Shown: positions 16,916 through 19,290 of the stretch, piece after piece
How positions within the stretch are numbered: position 1 is the first letter of the stretch
Layout: the number at the start of each line of letters is the position of its first letter
Assembly: GCA_964493715.1 (NCBI GenBank)
Contig: CAZBPC010000052.1
Span: 3,934-23,223 of the forward strand
Reading direction: 5' to 3'
Source: an uncultured archaeon
GTDB taxonomy: Archaea > Asgardarchaeota > Lokiarchaeia > Sigyniarchaeales > SOKP01
Length of the DNA: 19,290 nucleotides
The notes under the pieces: model-generated
What the model saw: the letters and a program-made list of their open reading frames with translations, nothing else
The model's database searches: none
Told to the model about the DNA's origin: nothing
Translations under genes and position numbers: made by a program

Positions 16916-17913
16916 AGAGATACTCCACAATATGGACACACTTTTACATTGGGCTCGATAAACTTCTGGCAATAGGGACATTGAACATTTAAACTTTTCT
17001 CATCTCCTAAATCATAAAGGAAACCAGAAATATATTCAGGATTCATGATTAGATAATCACCATCTATTACAAAATTGAATTTTTTTGCCCATTCAAAAAT
17101 TTTCTTATCAAATATTTTTTCATCCATGTTCAACGCGATACGCATCATTTCTAATTTCAATCGCGTAGATACCAATATCATGGATTTAATCTGATCAATT
17201 CTTTTTTGTTCTAAGTCTTTTAATTTAAGCTGTTCAGATTCTTTATACATCTTCACTTGATTAAGCAATTCAATTAATTTGTCTATTTTATTTTTATCGG
17301 GTACTTGTCTTCCTAATTTTTCTCTTAGAGGTATACATGTATAGATATCCTTATTTTTCATCTCGATTTGCACCATTTTAGTGGACTGTTGAAGGAATGG
17401 AATGATATTTTTTATTTGTAAAGTATGAATTGCCCGCATTATTCCCTTATCATATGGTTTAAAAGATAAATAATCCTCTGTCAAAATAAGGATTCCAATC
17501 TCCATATTTGCTTTCCAGTTTAATAAGTTTGGTAAACCTTTCCAAAATCCTCCCGTGATCTCATAAAAAATCGTTTTATCTTTCTTCAATATATTTCTAG
17601 CTAAATGGCTAAATAAATTTAGAGTTTCATATTTAGACACTAAGATTGAATCTTTTTTTTTAATCATTGCGTGAACGGAATACGTATTTCCGTGTATATC
17701 TTCTATTACAATATAATGAAGAGTATGTCTGCGCTTAAAATAGAACTTGTTAATATCACTTATTTTAATTTCATAAATAATTTTATCTTTTTCAGACTGA
17801 AAGGATAGCACTTGATCCGTTAATGTAAGAATTCCTCTCGATTTTTTTGAAGTTAAAGCTTTATACGATTGGTTCCCCGTAATAAAACTTCCTTGTGACT
17901 CAAAATAAATCAT
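16912..17913 (-). CDS. Modular protein: two PH/GRAM-like repeats, a winged-helix/PCI-like segment and a C-terminal Zn-ribbon
   Basis: Internal repeat GILTLTDQVLSF / GILILTEDYLSF, segment VSTRLKLEMMRIALNMD..FEWAKKFNFVIDGDYL, and CPYC-x10-CPYCG. It overlaps the convergent ttuA stop by 4 nt (TTAA). Confidence 0.7.
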   Translation of the reverse strand: MIYFESQGSFITGNQSYKALTSKKSRGILTLTDQVLSFQSEKDKIIYEIKISDINKFYFKRRHTLHYIVIEDIHGNTYSVHAMIKKKDSILVSKYETLNLFSHLARNILKKDKTIFYEITGGFWKGLPNLLNWKANMEIGILILTEDYLSFKPYDKGIMRAIHTLQIKNIIPFLQQSTKMVQIEMKNKDIYTCIPLREKLGRQVPDKNKIDKLIELLNQVKMYKESEQLKLKDLEQKRIDQIKSMILVSTRLKLEMMRIALNMDEKIFDKKIFEWAKKFNFVIDGDYLIMNPEYISGFLYDLGDEKSLNVQCPYCQKFIEPNVKVCPYCGVSL

Positions 17914-18052
17914 GTCCCATGTGATTCAAAAGAATTCAGTAATATATAATTATTCTAAAACAATAAAAAATATGAAGTCTCATAAGAATTATATTACAAG
18001 AAATCAGAAACAATTAATATTTACAGAATAAAAGAATATAATCATTGCATTT

Positions 18053-18862
18053 TTGAGGCGAGATTTTAGGTTGAAGATAGTTAATTTAGAAGAAAGGCAC
18101 GAAGAGACTTATTTCATGTGCTTAGAAGGATGGTCTTCAGAGATGAAAGAAGCCGGAGATCATAAGGAAAATTGGTATCGAAAGATGAAAGAAAATAATT
18201 ATGATCTTGGAGTCAAATTAGCTCTTAATGATAATGATGAAGTCGTTGGCATGATACAATATGTACCGATTGAACTTTCCATGGCAAAAGGAAAGGATCT
18301 CTACTATATTCTCTGCATTTGGGTACACGGCTATGAAGAAGGAGTAGGAAATAATCAAAAGAAAGGAATTGGGAAGGAGCTTCTTAAAGCTGCAGAAGAA
18401 GATGTGAAAGAACGTGGTGGTAAAGGTTTAGTGGCGTGGGGAGTATCCCTTCCATTTTGGATGAAGGCTTCATGGTTTAAAAAGCAAGGTTATCAGAAAG
18501 TTGATAAACATGGTATTGCGGTATTGTTATGGAAGCCTTTTACCAATGATGTTGATCCTCCAAATTGGATCAAACCGAAAAAAGCTCCCACAAAAAAACC
18601 TGGCAAAGTAATTGTTACTGCCTTCATTAATGGATGGTGTCCCGCTCAGAATCTTGTTTTTGAAAGAGCCAAAAAAGCTTCAAGTGAATTTGGAGATAAG
18701 GTCATTTATCAAGAAATTAATACTTTTAACAGAAACAATTTTGAAGAATGGGGTATAGGTGATGCGCTTTTTATTGATGGAAAAGAAATCAATACTGGAC
18801 CTCCTCCATCATTAGAAAAGCTACAGAAAAAAATTGAAACTCGAGTAAAAAAATTAAAATGA
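18053..18862 (+). CDS. GNAT acetyltransferase with C-terminal thioredoxin-like (YoaP-like) domain
   Basis: VGMIQY, ILCIWV, acetyl-CoA motif QKKGIGKELL and WFKKQGY; C-terminal GWCP...ALFIDG..GPP. Alternative TTG start at 18071. Confidence 0.85.
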   Translation: MRRDFRLKIVNLEERHEETYFMCLEGWSSEMKEAGDHKENWYRKMKENNYDLGVKLALNDNDEVVGMIQYVPIELSMAKGKDLYYILCIWVHGYEEGVGNNQKKGIGKELLKAAEEDVKERGGKGLVAWGVSLPFWMKASWFKKQGYQKVDKHGIAVLLWKPFTNDVDPPNWIKPKKAPTKKPGKVIVTAFINGWCPAQNLVFERAKKASSEFGDKVIYQEINTFNRNNFEEWGIGDALFIDGKEINTGPPPSLEKLQKKIETRVKKLK

Positions 18863-18931
18863 TCTAATCTTGTTTTTTAACCTAATTTAAATAGAAAAAA
18901 AGAGAAATAAAAAAACTCTACTATATAAAGG

Positions 18932-19290
18932 TTATTTCTCATATCTATCCACTTTTATGAATGAATATGGTTCGAACTTTTCCGAATCAACTTCTGCAAC
19001 AATTTCACCAGGTTGCATTTGACTGTTAGTCTTGAGATACAAGCACCCAAGGATTCTTTCTATCTCTACTTCATCCCAAGGGTCATCATCTGAATGATTT
19101 AATTTTATTTCAAGATCTCCCAATGCCATTTCGCTAGATTGCATAGTGATTTCTTCCCTAATCAAGCGAGGATTATAGTCAAAATCTACGTATTTTGGAG
19201 ATCTAAAGAACTTAAAATTGTAAGTTATACTTGCGGGTTTACTAGGATTTAAACCAAGATCCATTCCAATTTTTAGAAAATCTTTAGCAT
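18932..19290 (-). CDS. Acetoacetate decarboxylase-like family protein, C-terminal part (5'-truncated by the window)
   Basis: The frame is open to the window edge. YNFKFFRSP and LEIKLNHSDDDPWDEVEIERILG resemble the ADC-family C-terminal SxxDPW motif. Confidence 0.65.
   Translation of the reverse strand, partial: AKDFLKIGMDLGLNPSKPASITYNFKFFRSPKYVDFDYNPRLIREEITMQSSEMALGDLEIKLNHSDDDPWDEVEIERILGCLYLKTNSQMQPGEIVAEVDSEKFEPYSFIKVDRYEK

Noticed and set aside
18860-18880. Selenocysteine readthrough of the GNAT TGA stop
   Set aside because: No redox motif context; readthrough adds only SNLVF before TAA, and the protein already looks complete.
1-19290. tRNA, rRNA, CRISPR array, IS or prophage
   Set aside because: I saw no GC-rich structured stretch, regularly spaced repeat-spacer array, transposase, integrase or capsid-like ORF by eye. 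A tRNAscan/Infernal run would be needed to exclude small RNAs.

Overview
AT-rich window (roughly 30% GC by eye) of dense protein-coding DNA, most likely from an Asgard archaeon (Lokiarchaeia-like). This is an inference from the gene mix, archaeal-style TATA/BRE and T-tract intergenic signals, and C-terminal Zn-ribbon and winged-helix-like modules. It holds about 20 complete and 2 edge-truncated CDS. Redox and cofactor enzymes: two nitroreductases, an FAD oxidoreductase, a QueG-like Fe-S protein, a UROD/MtaA-family protein and a PNPOx-like protein. Others: two coiled-coil proteins sharing one C-terminal Zn-ribbon, a SET-domain methyltransferase, a bactofilin-like protein, a 5x topoisomerase-type Zn-finger protein, a cold-shock protein, two tandem MscS genes, a TtuA/Ncs6 tRNA thiolase, a tandem PH-like/WH-like/Zn-ribbon protein, a GNAT and an acetoacetate-decarboxylase-like fragment. 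I saw no rRNA, tRNA, CRISPR array or transposase. Most notable: (i) the thiolase's first zinc-finger half lies upstream of any canonical in-frame start, behind a coupled 9-codon uORF in another frame; (ii) a probable AUA start for the second MscS gene; (iii) a co-oriented coiled-coil / SET / bactofilin trio. All family calls come from motif recognition, not database searches.
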